Shown: positions 39,308-49,262, counted from the stretch's first letter. The stretch: 64,000 nucleotides of DNA from Flavobacteriales bacterium (GCA_965660305.1 CBFHZD010000001.1:115040-179039); one strand, 5' to 3'. Program-made: numbers and translations. Notes: generated by a model from the letters alone, not told the origin.

Positions 39308-40229
39308 ACGAAAATTTTTACAAAAATCTTTATTCGCAGCAGGTATTGCTCCACTTACCAATTCTTTGGTGAATGAAATGGTAAAATCAGGTGAGGTCAT
39401 TAAAATAAGCATACTACATACAAATGATGTTCATAGCCACATAGATCCCTTCCCCAATAATCACAAAAGGTATCCTGGAAAAGGTGGAGTCCAAAATAGA
39501 TTTAATCTCATTCAACAACATAGAAAAGAAAACCCCAATACCTTACTATTCGATTGTGGAGATATTTTTCAAGGAACACCCTATTTCAATTTGTATGGAG
39601 GAGAATTGGAATTAAAACTAATGAGTAAAATGGGGTATGATGCCGCCACAATGGGAAATCATGATTTTGATAACGGCATGGATGGATTTTTAGCCGTTAA
39701 AAAGCACGCGCGCTTTCCTTTCATTTGCAGCAACTATGATTTTTCCGATACAATTTTGAAAAACCATACACTACCGTTTAAAGTTTTTAATCAATCAGGA
39801 ATAAAAATTGGGGTATTTGGAATTGGGATAGAATTGGATGGATTAGTTGACAAAAAACTATTTGGAAAAACTATTTATAATGACCCAATAATTACCGCCA
39901 ATAAAATTACTACAAAATTACGTCATGAGTTACACTGTGACCTAGTCATTTGCCTATCCCATTTAGGACATAAATACGACAATAATAAGATAAGTGACAT
40001 TGAATTGGCTAAGTCAACATCAGGCATTGATTTGATCCTTGGAGGTCACACCCACACCTTCCTTGAAAAAGCCCTGAAAATCAAGAATAAAGAACAAAAA
40101 GAGGTGCTAATTAATCAAGTTGGTTGGGCAGGAATAAATTTAGGAAAAGTTGATTTTTTTATTAGCAAGTTGACAAAAAAAAGACTAAATTCGAAACATC
40201 TTGAGAAAGGGTTTATTGAAATAAAATAA
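39297..40229 (+). CDS. Metallophosphoesterase (UshA N-terminal-domain-like) with Tat-type signal
   Basis: N-terminal RRKFLQKS. Calcineurin-like motifs HTNDVHS, GDIFQG, GNHDFD and GGHTH are present. Overlaps the upstream gene by 11 nt. Confidence 0.8.
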   Translation: MLTRRKFLQKSLFAAGIAPLTNSLVNEMVKSGEVIKISILHTNDVHSHIDPFPNNHKRYPGKGGVQNRFNLIQQHRKENPNTLLFDCGDIFQGTPYFNLYGGELELKLMSKMGYDAATMGNHDFDNGMDGFLAVKKHARFPFICSNYDFSDTILKNHTLPFKVFNQSGIKIGVFGIGIELDGLVDKKLFGKTIYNDPIITANKITTKLRHELHCDLVICLSHLGHKYDNNKISDIELAKSTSGIDLILGGHTHTFLEKALKIKNKEQKEVLINQVGWAGINLGKVDFFISKLTKKRLNSKHLEKGFIEIK

Positions 40230-40389
40230 TTGATACACCCTAAAAAAAAAGTTCCTATGCAATAGCTAAACCATTTTGTTTTAAACTTTTTTTTGTCAAT
40301 ATTTGTTCAGTCTTAGAAGGGTCCTTTTTGTACCTGCAGAAAAAATTAAATTTGAATCTATTTCGAACTATTATTTTTTCCAAGTCGAG

Positions 40390-40423
40390 ATAATTTTTAG
40401 AGAAATAACAATAATTTTTAGAG
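40390..40423 (+). repeat. 13-bp perfect direct repeat ATAATTTTTAGAG x2 (21-bp period) just upstream of dnaA
   Basis: Copies at 40390-40402 and 40411-40423. The second ends 12 nt before the dnaA ATG. Confidence 0.7.
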
Positions 40424-40434
40424 GAATACTTACT

Positions 40435-41865
40435 ATGAAAAAAAACCATGTAACTGTTTGGGAAAGTTGTCTGAGTGTTATTAAAGACAACATTAGTCTA
40501 CAAGGATATAAAACCTGGTTTGAACCGATAGTTCCAGTAAAATTAAAGAGTGATGTTTTAACAATACAAGTTCCTACTCACTTTTTCTACGAATGGTTGG
40601 AAGAGCATTACATTTCTTTATTAAAAAAAACAATCAAAAGAGTTATTGGTCCTGAAGGTAGATTAGAGTACAGCATTGTGATGGATAAAAATCAGAAAAA
40701 TTCGAAACCATACACGGTGAATTTTCCTGCCAAAACAAATAGCTCATTAAAAAACAAATCGATTAATGTTCCTCTTAACGTAAATAAGAGCACAATAAGA
40801 AATCCTTTTGTTATTCCTGGACTCAAAAAAATAAATGTAGATGCCAATCTTAATTCGTCATACACCTTCGAAAACTTCATCGAAGGAGAATGTAATCGTT
40901 TAGCTCGGTCTGCAGGATATGCAGTAGCGAGCAAACCGGGAGGAACCTCATTTAATCCCTTGTTACTTTATGGAGGAGTTGGTCTTGGAAAAACACACTT
41001 AGCACATTCTATTGGAATTGAAATAAAAAACAACAATCCAGAAAAAATAGTGCTCTACGTTTCATCCGAAAGGTTTACTCATCAATTTATTGATGCAGTA
41101 AAAAATAATGAAACGAATGACTTTATTCATTTTTATCAAATGATAGATGTACTAATCATTGATGACATCCAATTCTTGGCAGGAAAAGAAAAAACACAAG
41201 ATGTTTTCTTCCATATTTTTAATCACCTTCACCAAACAGGAAAGCAAATAATTCTGACCTCGGATAAAGCTCCTGTAGATATGCAAGGTGTAGAACAAAG
41301 ACTTCTATCCAGATTCAAATGGGGGTTATCAGCCGATTTGCAATCTCCAGATTTAGAGACAAGAATTGCCATTTTAAAGAAAAAAATGTACCAAGATGGA
41401 ATTGAACTTCCAGACGATGTGATAGAATATCTAGCATACAGCATCACAACGAATGTAAGAGAATTAGAAGGTGCATTAATTTCTTTAATTGCCCAATCTT
41501 CGCTGAACAAAAAGGCGGTAACGCTCGATCTTGCTAAGCAAATGATTGATAAATTTGTGAAAAACACAGCAAGAGAAGTTTCTATAGACTACATCCAGAA
41601 AGTAGTTTCTGATTACTTTAACATGCCTGTAGAATTGATGAAGTCAAAGACAAGGAAAAGAGAAATTGTTCAAGCGCGACAAATCTCTATGTATTTTTCT
41701 AAAAAATTAACCAAATCATCATTAGCCAGTATAGGAATGCAGTGCGGAGGTAAAGATCATGCCACGGTTCTTCATGCGTGTAAAACAGTGAATAATCTAC
41801 AAGATACTGACAAGCATTTCAGGAAATACATTACTGATTTAGATAAGAAATTGAATTTGGCTTAA
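40435..41865 (+). CDS. dnaA: Chromosomal replication initiator DnaA
   Basis: Walker A GGVGLGKTHL, box VII and the C-terminal DNA-binding domain (VQARQISMYFSKKLT ... GGKDHATVLHA) are present. Start set at MKKNHVTVWESCL rather than track start 40303. Confidence 0.93.
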   Translation: MKKNHVTVWESCLSVIKDNISLQGYKTWFEPIVPVKLKSDVLTIQVPTHFFYEWLEEHYISLLKKTIKRVIGPEGRLEYSIVMDKNQKNSKPYTVNFPAKTNSSLKNKSINVPLNVNKSTIRNPFVIPGLKKINVDANLNSSYTFENFIEGECNRLARSAGYAVASKPGGTSFNPLLLYGGVGLGKTHLAHSIGIEIKNNNPEKIVLYVSSERFTHQFIDAVKNNETNDFIHFYQMIDVLIIDDIQFLAGKEKTQDVFFHIFNHLHQTGKQIILTSDKAPVDMQGVEQRLLSRFKWGLSADLQSPDLETRIAILKKKMYQDGIELPDDVIEYLAYSITTNVRELEGALISLIAQSSLNKKAVTLDLAKQMIDKFVKNTAREVSIDYIQKVVSDYFNMPVELMKSKTRKREIVQARQISMYFSKKLTKSSLASIGMQCGGKDHATVLHACKTVNNLQDTDKHFRKYITDLDKKLNLA

Positions 41866-41890
41866 GTTCATATTTTTCGAATCACTTAAC

Positions 41891-41930
41891 AAAAAAACCC
41901 TCCTAAATGAATAATTTAGGAGGGTTTTTT
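41891..41930. terminator. Bidirectional terminator between dnaA and kbl
   Basis: A7-CCCTCCTAAAT-loop-ATTTAGGAGGG-T6. Confidence 0.85.
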
Positions 41931-41951
41931 ATTTGTATTCTAGGATAACTT

Positions 41952-43139
41952 TTAGATTACACCCAACTTCTTTCCCACTTTAATGAAAGCTGCTATCGCT
42001 CTATCTAAATGAGCCTTTTCATGCCCAGCTGATAATTGAACTCTAATCCTTGCTTCTCCTTTTGGAACTACTGGATAATAAAACCCAATCACATAAATTC
42101 CTTCTTTAAGCAATTCATTACTAAAATCTTGTGAAAGCTTTGCATCATAAAGCATGATGGGAACGATAGGTGAATCACCTTCTTTTATATCAAATCCTGC
42201 CGCCTGTATTTTAGATTTGAAATAATCTTTATTTTCCTCCAGCTTATCCCTAAACTCGGTAGTATTAGATAAAATATCAAATACTTTGTTTGAAGCTCCA
42301 ACAATACTTGGCGCCAAAGAATTTGAAAATAAATAAGGACGAGATCGCTGCCTCAGCATATCAATAATTTCTTTTTTTCCTGTGGTGTAACCACCCATTG
42401 CTCCGCCTAAGGCTTTTCCCAAAGTTCCTGTTACAATATCCACTTTGTCCATCACACCAAAATGTTCTGGCACTCCCCTACCCGTTTTTCCAATAAATCC
42501 TGCCGAATGACATTCATCAGTCATTACCAAGGCATCATATTTTTCCGCCAAAGCACAAATTTCATCCATCTTTGCCAAATCTCCATCCATAGAAAAAACG
42601 CCATCTGTCACAATAATTCTGTGTCTTTGTTCTTGAGCTTTGATTAATTGCTCTTCCAAATCTGCCATGTCACTATGCGCATATCTGTATCTGGCAGCTT
42701 TGCACAATCTTACTCCATCAATGATTGAAGCGTGATTCAATGCATCGGATATGATCGCATCTTCTTTTCCAAAAAGAGGTTCAAACACTCCTCCGTTTGC
42801 ATCAAAAGCAGCCGCATACAAAATGGTATCTTCCGTTCCATAAAAATCCGCAATTCTCTTTTCTAATTCTTTGTGAATGTCTTGAGTTCCACAGATAAAC
42901 CGAACAGAAGACATACCAAAACCATGAGAATCTAACGTATCTTTCGCTGCCTTAATCACCTCAGGATGAGAAGACAAACCCAAATAATTATTTGCACAAA
43001 AGTTAAGCACATTATCTCCCGTACTCACTTCAACTTCGGCAGATTGAGGAGTTTCTATCACTCTTTCTGATTTGTAAAGTCCAGCCTTTTTAATTTCTTC
43101 TAATTCTTGTCGAAGGTGGTTTTTTAAATTTCCGTACAT
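41952..43139 (-). CDS. kbl: Glycine C-acetyltransferase (2-amino-3-ketobutyrate CoA ligase)
   Basis: 395 aa alpha-oxoamine synthase. Contains [21 protein letters not shown] and the PLP-Lys region [10 protein letters not shown]. Confidence 0.9.
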   Translation of the reverse strand: MYGNLKNHLRQELEEIKKAGLYKSERVIETPQSAEVEVSTGDNVLNFCANNYLGLSSHPEVIKAAKDTLDSHGFGMSSVRFICGTQDIHKELEKRIADFYGTEDTILYAAAFDANGGVFEPLFGKEDAIISDALNHASIIDGVRLCKAARYRYAHSDMADLEEQLIKAQEQRHRIIVTDGVFSMDGDLAKMDEICALAEKYDALVMTDECHSAGFIGKTGRGVPEHFGVMDKVDIVTGTLGKALGGAMGGYTTGKKEIIDMLRQRSRPYLFSNSLAPSIVGASNKVFDILSNTTEFRDKLEENKDYFKSKIQAAGFDIKEGDSPIVPIMLYDAKLSQDFSNELLKEGIYVIGFYYPVVPKGEARIRVQLSAGHEKAHLDRAIAAFIKVGKKLGVI

Positions 43140-43290
43140 AGTTTGTTGATGTTTTATTTTCTTTTTAAGACTAACTCAAAGATATAGAATTTTAAGCTAA
43201 ATAAAACTGAGGTTTAACCTTAAATCTTCCATTATAAAACTCTATTTTTTCATTTTTTCCATTGATGAAAAAACGAAACAAAAAAATCTA

Positions 43291-43419
43291 GGCTTAATTC
43301 TAATCCGCAATTTTGACTTGTATTTTTCGATTCAGTCAGTGATTTCCTCCGCAAGCTCCGGAACTTCTTCCTTCATTCACGAAAAATACTACGACAAAAT
43401 TACTCCTTAGAACGAGGCC
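43291..43419. repeat. Long imperfect inverted repeat (about 40-nt arms)
   Basis: GGCTTAATTCTAATCCGCAATTTTGACTTGTATTTTTCG versus the reverse complement of CGAAAAATACTACGACAAAATTACTCCTTAGAACGAGGCC. About 29 of 40 positions are complementary, by hand count. Confidence 0.55.
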
Positions 43420-43572
43420 AAAAAAAATAACAAACTTGATGATTTTTATTAATGTGAATTTCAAACGGTCATACTTCACAAAAGATTAGTATCTAATTAG
43501 AAAACAGAATTTCAAAACAGACGACTAGTACTTCCTTAATTAATTTTCTTTAATGTTTTATTCAAAGAAAAC

Positions 43573-43672
43573 CACTCGAACTGACAACAACTCTCTGAAT
43601 TTCTAAATTCAAACTCTGTCAGTTCAAGTGAATTTTATGGAACGTTAGCGAAACAAAAATTGTATCGAGAAC
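43573..43672. repeat. Family A composite palindromic element, copy 1 (lacks outer left box)
   Basis: CACTCGAACTGACA (43573-43586), TGTCAGTTCAAGTG (43617-43630) and GTATCGAGAAC (43662-43672). Confidence 0.8.
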
Positions 43673-43701
43673 TAGTATTTGAATAAAAAATTCCTTTACA
43701 T

Positions 43702-43790
43702 TTGTCCCAACTAAGGGGTGCCCAAAACAATTCGGGCTGAGATTATACCCATCGAACCTGCTGTGGTAATTCATAGAAGGGATTTTTAAA
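43702..43790 (+). ncRNA. TPP (THI-box) riboswitch
   Basis: The ordered conserved blocks GGGGTGC, GGCTGAGA, ACCC, GAACCTG and (GG)TAAT..AGAAGGGA are present. Lies 66 nt upstream of a TonB-dependent receptor ATG. Confidence 0.85.
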
Positions 43791-43855
43791 GGCAACGTCT
43801 GCCCGAAAGATTAGGTGCACCTCTTGGAATTTATTTTAATTAATTAATAAAGCCA

Positions 43856-46264
43856 ATGAGAACTTTTACACTTATTTTCACTTCACTTTTATTTTCGGTA
43901 ATTACTTTTTCTCAATTCAAAATCTCGGGAACGGTAACTAATAGAGCAAACGAACCTTTGCCTTGGGCAAACATCCAAATTGAAAACTCCAAGTATGTGG
44001 CAACCACCAATGGAGAAGGATATTTTGAATTTACCAACCTAAAACCAGGTACCTATTTCCTTAACTATACCTACATGGGATTTAAAAACTATCGTTACGG
44101 TGTGGTAATTTCTGATAAGGACATGCCAGCCTCTGTTGCGCTGGAAAGAAATGACTTAATGATTAACGAAGTTACTGTGAGCGGAACAAAATTAGAAGAA
44201 AATACCCCTACAACTTACACCACAATCAAGAAGGAAGAAATAAGAAAAAACAACCTAGGACAAGATATTCCCTATTTATTACAACAATCGCCTTCTATGG
44301 TTGTAACTTCTGATGCTGGAGCTGGCGTGGGATATACTTACATGAGAATAAGAGGAACGGACCAATCGAGAATTAACGTAACAATTAATGGAATCCCAGT
44401 GAATGATGCAGAATCTCATGGGGTATTTTTCGTGAACATGCCCGATTTTGCTTCATCGCTAGAAAGTGTTGATATACAGAGAGGTGCAGGAACTTCAACT
44501 AACGGAGTAGCGGCTTTTGGTGCTTCTGTTAACCTATACACAGATTTCCGTAGCGAAACTCCTTATGGAGAAGTAAACAATTCAATTGGTTCTTTCGGAA
44601 CAATAAGAAATACCGTGAAATTTGGAACAGGAGTTATTAACGAAAAGTTCTCATTTGAAGGAAGATTATCCAACATTCAATCTGATGGATTTGTGGATAG
44701 AGCATCCGCAGATTTACAATCTTATTATTTTTCAGGGCAATATGCTTCTGGAAAAAACAGCTTAAAGTTTATTACGTTTTCAGGAAAAGAAATTACCTAC
44801 CAAGCTTGGGCAGGAATTCCCAGAGACTCCTTAAAAACGAACAGAACATTTAATCCCTACACGTACGAAAACGAAGTAGACAACTACCAACAGACTCATT
44901 ATCAATTATTTTTTGACAGAAAAATATCAGATAAACTATTCTTGAATACTGCACTTCACTACACCAGAGGAGAAGGCTTTTTTGAACAATTTAGAGAGGA
45001 AGATGACATGGAAACGTATGGAATTAACACAGTATTCACGGCTACTGATACTCTCACAACTACTGATCTAATTAGAAGAAGATGGCTGGACAATGATTTT
45101 TACGGAGGTGTTTTTACCCTGAAATACAGCCCAAACAACAAGCTCCAAACAATATTAGGCGGTGGATACAACATTTATGACGGAGACCATTTTGGTGAAG
45201 TAATTTGGGCAAGAACCTCCAATAACCTTGACATTAGAGATAGATACTATGACAATAACGCCACCAAAACGGATGGGAATTTATATTCAAAAACTAACTT
45301 CCAAGTTTCTAAAAAACTGAATACTTTTTTGGACTTACAGGTAAGAAGAATTGATTATAACTTTTTAGGATTTGACAACCAATTAAGAAACGTACAGCAG
45401 GATGCAAGTTTTGTGTTTTTCAATCCAAAGGTAGGAGCTTCTTATGCGATGAATTCAAGTACCAAAATCTATGGATTATTTGCCGTTGCCAACAAAGAAC
45501 CAAACCGAGACGATTTTACAGAATCTTCTCCTACTTCTCGTCCCACTCACGAAACTTTATATGATGTAGAGTTAGGTTTTAAAACCTCAAAAAGCAAATA
45601 TGCCTTGAGTGTAAACGGATATTACATGCTCTATAGCAATCAATTAGTTGCCACGGGAGAGATTAACGATGTGGGCGCTTCAGTAAGAACAAATATTGAC
45701 GAATCTTACAGAATGGGAATTGAAATTGAAGGAGGTGTTCAACTCACAAAAGGCCTGAAATGGAGCGGAAACGTTACTTTGAGTCAAAATAAAATAAACA
45801 GCTGGACAGAGTTTGTAGATAACTGGGACGCTGGGGGAAAGGTTGAAGTTGAGCACAGAAATACCGATTTGGCATTTTCACCTAACCTCATCGCCAGTAG
45901 TATTTTCGAATTTTCTCCTTTCAAGCAATTCAGTGGAACTAAAACAGCGAATAGAATCGACAATTTAAGTATTGCCTTAATTAGTAAATACGTGGGGAGG
46001 CAATTTGTAGACAATACCGGAAGCGAAGATCGAATGTTGGACGCTTATTTTGTGCATGATTTAAGAGTAAACTATGACATCAAGTTCACAACAGGAATTG
46101 ATAAATTGACTGTATTTGGATCGATTTACAACCTTACCAATGTACTGTATTCTGCAAATGCTTGGAGCTACCGATATTTTTCTGGAGGCGAATTTCAGCA
46201 AGATATGGGATTCTATCCTCAAGCACCTACCAACTTTTTGATGGGGCTTAATTTGAAATTTTAA
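43856..46264 (+). CDS. TonB-dependent receptor (thiamine-regulated candidate)
   Basis: Signal peptide, CarboxypepD_reg-like domain (ISGTVTN...ANIQIEN) and a plug (IRGTDQSRINVTINGIPVND). The barrel ends in aromatic LKF. Confidence 0.88.
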   Translation: MRTFTLIFTSLLFSVITFSQFKISGTVTNRANEPLPWANIQIENSKYVATTNGEGYFEFTNLKPGTYFLNYTYMGFKNYRYGVVISDKDMPASVALERNDLMINEVTVSGTKLEENTPTTYTTIKKEEIRKNNLGQDIPYLLQQSPSMVVTSDAGAGVGYTYMRIRGTDQSRINVTINGIPVNDAESHGVFFVNMPDFASSLESVDIQRGAGTSTNGVAAFGASVNLYTDFRSETPYGEVNNSIGSFGTIRNTVKFGTGVINEKFSFEGRLSNIQSDGFVDRASADLQSYYFSGQYASGKNSLKFITFSGKEITYQAWAGIPRDSLKTNRTFNPYTYENEVDNYQQTHYQLFFDRKISDKLFLNTALHYTRGEGFFEQFREEDDMETYGINTVFTATDTLTTTDLIRRRWLDNDFYGGVFTLKYSPNNKLQTILGGGYNIYDGDHFGEVIWARTSNNLDIRDRYYDNNATKTDGNLYSKTNFQVSKKLNTFLDLQVRRIDYNFLGFDNQLRNVQQDASFVFFNPKVGASYAMNSSTKIYGLFAVANKEPNRDDFTESSPTSRPTHETLYDVELGFKTSKSKYALSVNGYYMLYSNQLVATGEINDVGASVRTNIDESYRMGIEIEGGVQLTKGLKWSGNVTLSQNKINSWTEFVDNWDAGGKVEVEHRNTDLAFSPNLIASSIFEFSPFKQFSGTKTANRIDNLSIALISKYVGRQFVDNTGSEDRMLDAYFVHDLRVNYDIKFTTGIDKLTVFGSIYNLTNVLYSANAWSYRYFSGGEFQQDMGFYPQAPTNFLMGLNLKF

Positions 46265-46291
46265 GAAACTCAACTGAGTTAAAGTTCAGAG

Positions 46292-46326
46292 ATGGATTGC
46301 TCTTGATTGAGCAATCCATTTTTTTG
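46292..46326 (+). terminator. Rho-independent terminator after the TonB-dependent receptor
   Basis: ATGGATTGCTC-loop-GAGCAATCCAT followed by T-rich run. Confidence 0.8.
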
Positions 46327-46419
46327 TTTGAACCAAATAAAGTTCTAATTAAATTCATTGAGTTTTTCTCACTTTTCAACTTCTTTTTGTTTAATTTTAC
46401 TATATAAAAGTTAAACAAA

Positions 46420-47115
46420 ATGAAAAATTATTTAGTAATAGGAGGTTCTTCGGGGATTGGAAAAGCATTAACCGAGCAACTTGCCCTAGACGGAAACGTT
46501 CACGCCACTTACCATACCAACGAAACGGAAAGCAGTATTCCCACGGTAACTTACACACACTTAGATGTAACACAAGACGAGCTGGATTTGGATGATTTAC
46601 CCGAAGAAATTCACGGAATTGCCTACTGCCCAGGAAGCATTAACCTAATGCCTTTCAAGCGAATAAAGCCTGCACAATTTGCCGAAGATTTTGAACTTCA
46701 AGTAAATGGAGCTATCAAAGTGATTCAGCAAATATTGCCAAAATTGAAAAAAGCGGAACAATCATCTATCTTATTTTTCTCAACTGTAGCGGTACAAAAT
46801 GGATTCAATTTCCATGCACAAGTTGCAGCTTCTAAAGGAGCAATTGAAGGATTAACCCGTTCATTAGCTGCAGAATTTGCACCCAAAATTAGAGTCAATG
46901 CAATTGCTCCATCTTTAACAGATACCCCATTGGCTAGCAAACTATTGAGCAGTGACGAAAAGAAAGAAGCAAACGCGCAAAGACATCCGCTAAAAACCAT
47001 TGGGAATCCGGAAAATATTGCCCAATTAGGTGCGTTCTTATTGTCAGATAAATCCGCTTGGATTACGGGACAAGTCATTCATGCTGATGGCGGAATGTCC
47101 TCCGTGAAAGGATGA
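46420..47115 (+). CDS. Short-chain dehydrogenase/reductase
   Basis: GGSSGIG cofactor motif and SDR core. 231 aa. Confidence 0.85.
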   Translation: MKNYLVIGGSSGIGKALTEQLALDGNVHATYHTNETESSIPTVTYTHLDVTQDELDLDDLPEEIHGIAYCPGSINLMPFKRIKPAQFAEDFELQVNGAIKVIQQILPKLKKAEQSSILFFSTVAVQNGFNFHAQVAASKGAIEGLTRSLAAEFAPKIRVNAIAPSLTDTPLASKLLSSDEKKEANAQRHPLKTIGNPENIAQLGAFLLSDKSAWITGQVIHADGGMSSVKG

Positions 47116-47137
47116 AAATTTTTAATCAATTAAAATT

Positions 47138-47782
47138 ATGGAAGAAACAGCTATAAACCACAGAGAAGCAATTATCACAAGCTTTATGCATTATGTGCTA
47201 GAGCACGGAAAAAAACCGCACAACGTCTTTTCTTTTGCCAAAGAGAATGAAATGAGCGAAGGAGAATTTTATGCACATTTCCCAAATTTTGAAGAACTAG
47301 AAAAAGAAATCTTTTGTGAATTTTTCACCCAAACATTAACACTTCTTGACAAAAACGAAGAGTACAAAACTTTTGATGCTCAAAACAAATTACTGAGTTT
47401 CTATTTTACGTTTTTCGAGATATTGACAAGAAACAGAAGTTACGTGCTTCAAGCCATCAAAACAGATAAACTGAAAGGATTGGGAATCACCAAAAGACTG
47501 GGTAAACATTTCAAAGAATACATCCACTCAATTGACATTGAAACGGTAACAATTCCAGAAGATAGATTGAATTCATTCAAAGACAAAAGCATTGCTGAAG
47601 CCTACTGGGGACAATTTGCTTTTATCATTGCATATTGGGAAAGAGATACGTCTCCTGCTTTTGAAAAAACAGATGTGCTGATTGAAAAATTGGTCAATAC
47701 TGGATTCCAATTGCAAGACATCAAACCACTAGAAAGTGTACTTGATTTAGGTAAATTTTTGTTGAAAGAACTCAGAAAATAA
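47138..47782 (+). CDS. TetR-family transcriptional regulator
   Basis: 214 aa. N-terminal HTH-like region (HNVFSFAKENEMSEGEFYAHFPNFEELE) and a helical C-terminal domain. Confidence 0.65.
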   Translation: MEETAINHREAIITSFMHYVLEHGKKPHNVFSFAKENEMSEGEFYAHFPNFEELEKEIFCEFFTQTLTLLDKNEEYKTFDAQNKLLSFYFTFFEILTRNRSYVLQAIKTDKLKGLGITKRLGKHFKEYIHSIDIETVTIPEDRLNSFKDKSIAEAYWGQFAFIIAYWERDTSPAFEKTDVLIEKLVNTGFQLQDIKPLESVLDLGKFLLKELRK

Positions 47783-47789
47783 ACCAATT

Positions 47790-49091
47790 ATGGAAACGAT
47801 TGACAACATTCCTATTTCGAAAGTTAAGCGAGCAGGAAAACTAGTAGGTACAGGAGCAAAAGTTGGGGTAAACTACCTGAAATATTACGGAAGTAAACTC
47901 GTAAAGACCGAAGATGATGCCAGAGAGCAATTGAATAAAGATAATGCTGAAGACATATACAACAGTCTAAAACAACTGAAAGGAAGTGCCTTGAAAGTTG
48001 CTCAAATGTTAAGTATGGAGAAATCCATTATGCCAGCGGCCTATGTCGAGAAATTTTCGCTTTCACAGTTTTCCGTTCCACCTTTGTCTCCACCTTTGGT
48101 AAACAAAACATTCAGGAATTATTTTGGAAAAACTCCTAATGAAGTTTTTGATGAATTCAACACACAATCTACCAATGCAGCAAGCATTGGTCAGGTGCAC
48201 AGAGCCAAAAAAGACAGGCAAGAGTTGGCAGTAAAAATTCAATATCCTGGAGTTTCAGAAAGTATCAGTTCCGATCTTAAATTGGTAAAACCCGTGGCTT
48301 TGCGATTATTAAATATATCAGCCAAAGACTCAGACAAATACTTTAAAGAAGTAGAAGATAAATTGATGGAGGAAACCAATTATTTATTGGAACTTTCACA
48401 GAGCAAAGAGATTTCGGAGGCGTGCAAAAACATTCCAAACCTTTTGTTTCCCAAGTATTATGACGAATTTTCTTCGGAAAGAATCATTACCATGGATTGG
48501 ATGACTGGCGTGCATTTGTCAGAATATACCGCAACTCCAGAAAGTGGAAAAAAAATAGGACAAGCGCTTTGGGACTTTTATATGTATCAAATGCACATCC
48601 TTAAGAAAGTACACGCAGATCCACATCCAGGAAACTTTTTAGTTTCGGATAATGATGAATTAATTGCGCTAGACTTTGGTTGTATGAAAATAATTCCAGA
48701 AGATTTCTACATCCCATATTTTGAAATGACTCAAAAAGAAACTCTAGCAGACGAAACCAAGTTTGTTGCCAAAATGTATGAATTAGAAATCTTGAAAAAG
48801 ACAGACAACAAGGAGGAAGTAGAATTCTTCACAGAAATGTTTCACGAATTGCTCACGGCTTTTGCTTTGCCCTTTCAATCAGAAACATTTGACTTTAGTG
48901 ACGAAGCGTTTTTTACTCGAATAGCAGAACTCGGAGAACAATACACTAAAAATACGGAACTACGAAAAATGGATGCAAATCGAGGGTCCAAGCATTTTAT
49001 TTATGTAAACAGAACTTTTTTTGGGCTTTATAGCCTAATGAATATGCTTCAGGCTTCTGACATTCAAATTAATAATTATAAAAAATTATAA
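47790..49091 (+). CDS. ABC1/AarF/UbiB-family atypical kinase
   Basis: Contains AASIGQVHRA, DPHPGNFLV and LDFG motifs. Confidence 0.85.
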   Translation: METIDNIPISKVKRAGKLVGTGAKVGVNYLKYYGSKLVKTEDDAREQLNKDNAEDIYNSLKQLKGSALKVAQMLSMEKSIMPAAYVEKFSLSQFSVPPLSPPLVNKTFRNYFGKTPNEVFDEFNTQSTNAASIGQVHRAKKDRQELAVKIQYPGVSESISSDLKLVKPVALRLLNISAKDSDKYFKEVEDKLMEETNYLLELSQSKEISEACKNIPNLLFPKYYDEFSSERIITMDWMTGVHLSEYTATPESGKKIGQALWDFYMYQMHILKKVHADPHPGNFLVSDNDELIALDFGCMKIIPEDFYIPYFEMTQKETLADETKFVAKMYELEILKKTDNKEEVEFFTEMFHELLTAFALPFQSETFDFSDEAFFTRIAELGEQYTKNTELRKMDANRGSKHFIYVNRTFFGLYSLMNMLQASDIQINNYKKL

Positions 49092-49094
49092 ACC

Positions 49095-49262
49095 ATGTTC
49101 GGACTATTTAAAAAGAAAAGTGAAGCGGAAAAACTTCAGGATGAATACGCAAAACTGATGAAAGAAGCTTTTGTCTTGTCAAAATCTGACAGAAAAAAAA
49201 GTGATGCAAAAACAGCCGAAGCCGAAGAGATTTTGAAGAAAATTGAAGCGTTAAAAAACTAA
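49095..49262 (+). CDS. Small Lys/Glu-rich helical protein (55 aa, Lacal_2735-like; not in ORF track)
   Basis: Hand translation gives MFGLFKKKSEAEKLQDEYAKLMKEAFVLSKSDRKKSDAKTAEAEEILKKIEALKN. Packed 3 nt after and 3 nt before its neighbours. Confidence 0.55.
   Translation: MFGLFKKKSEAEKLQDEYAKLMKEAFVLSKSDRKKSDAKTAEAEEILKKIEALKN

Noticed and set aside
40255-40449. 64-aa minus-strand ORF, and the 44-codon N-terminal extension of dnaA starting at 40303
   Set aside because: Both lie in low-complexity AT-rich leader DNA. The DnaA homology begins at MKKNHVTVWESCL (ATG 40435), and the extension (MFSLRRVLFVPAEKIKFE...) has no DnaA-like sequence.
40230-41951. oriC adjacent to dnaA
   Set aside because: I could not find a cluster of TTATCCACA-like DnaA boxes or an obvious AT-rich unwinding element with 13-mers on either side of dnaA. 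This needs a computational scan and GC-skew analysis of the whole replicon to settle.
43617-43630. GTTCGAG inside the conserved box as a tRNA T-loop remnant
   Set aside because: No flanking T-stem complementarity, no acceptor or anticodon arms and no CCA context. The resemblance is limited to 7 nt.
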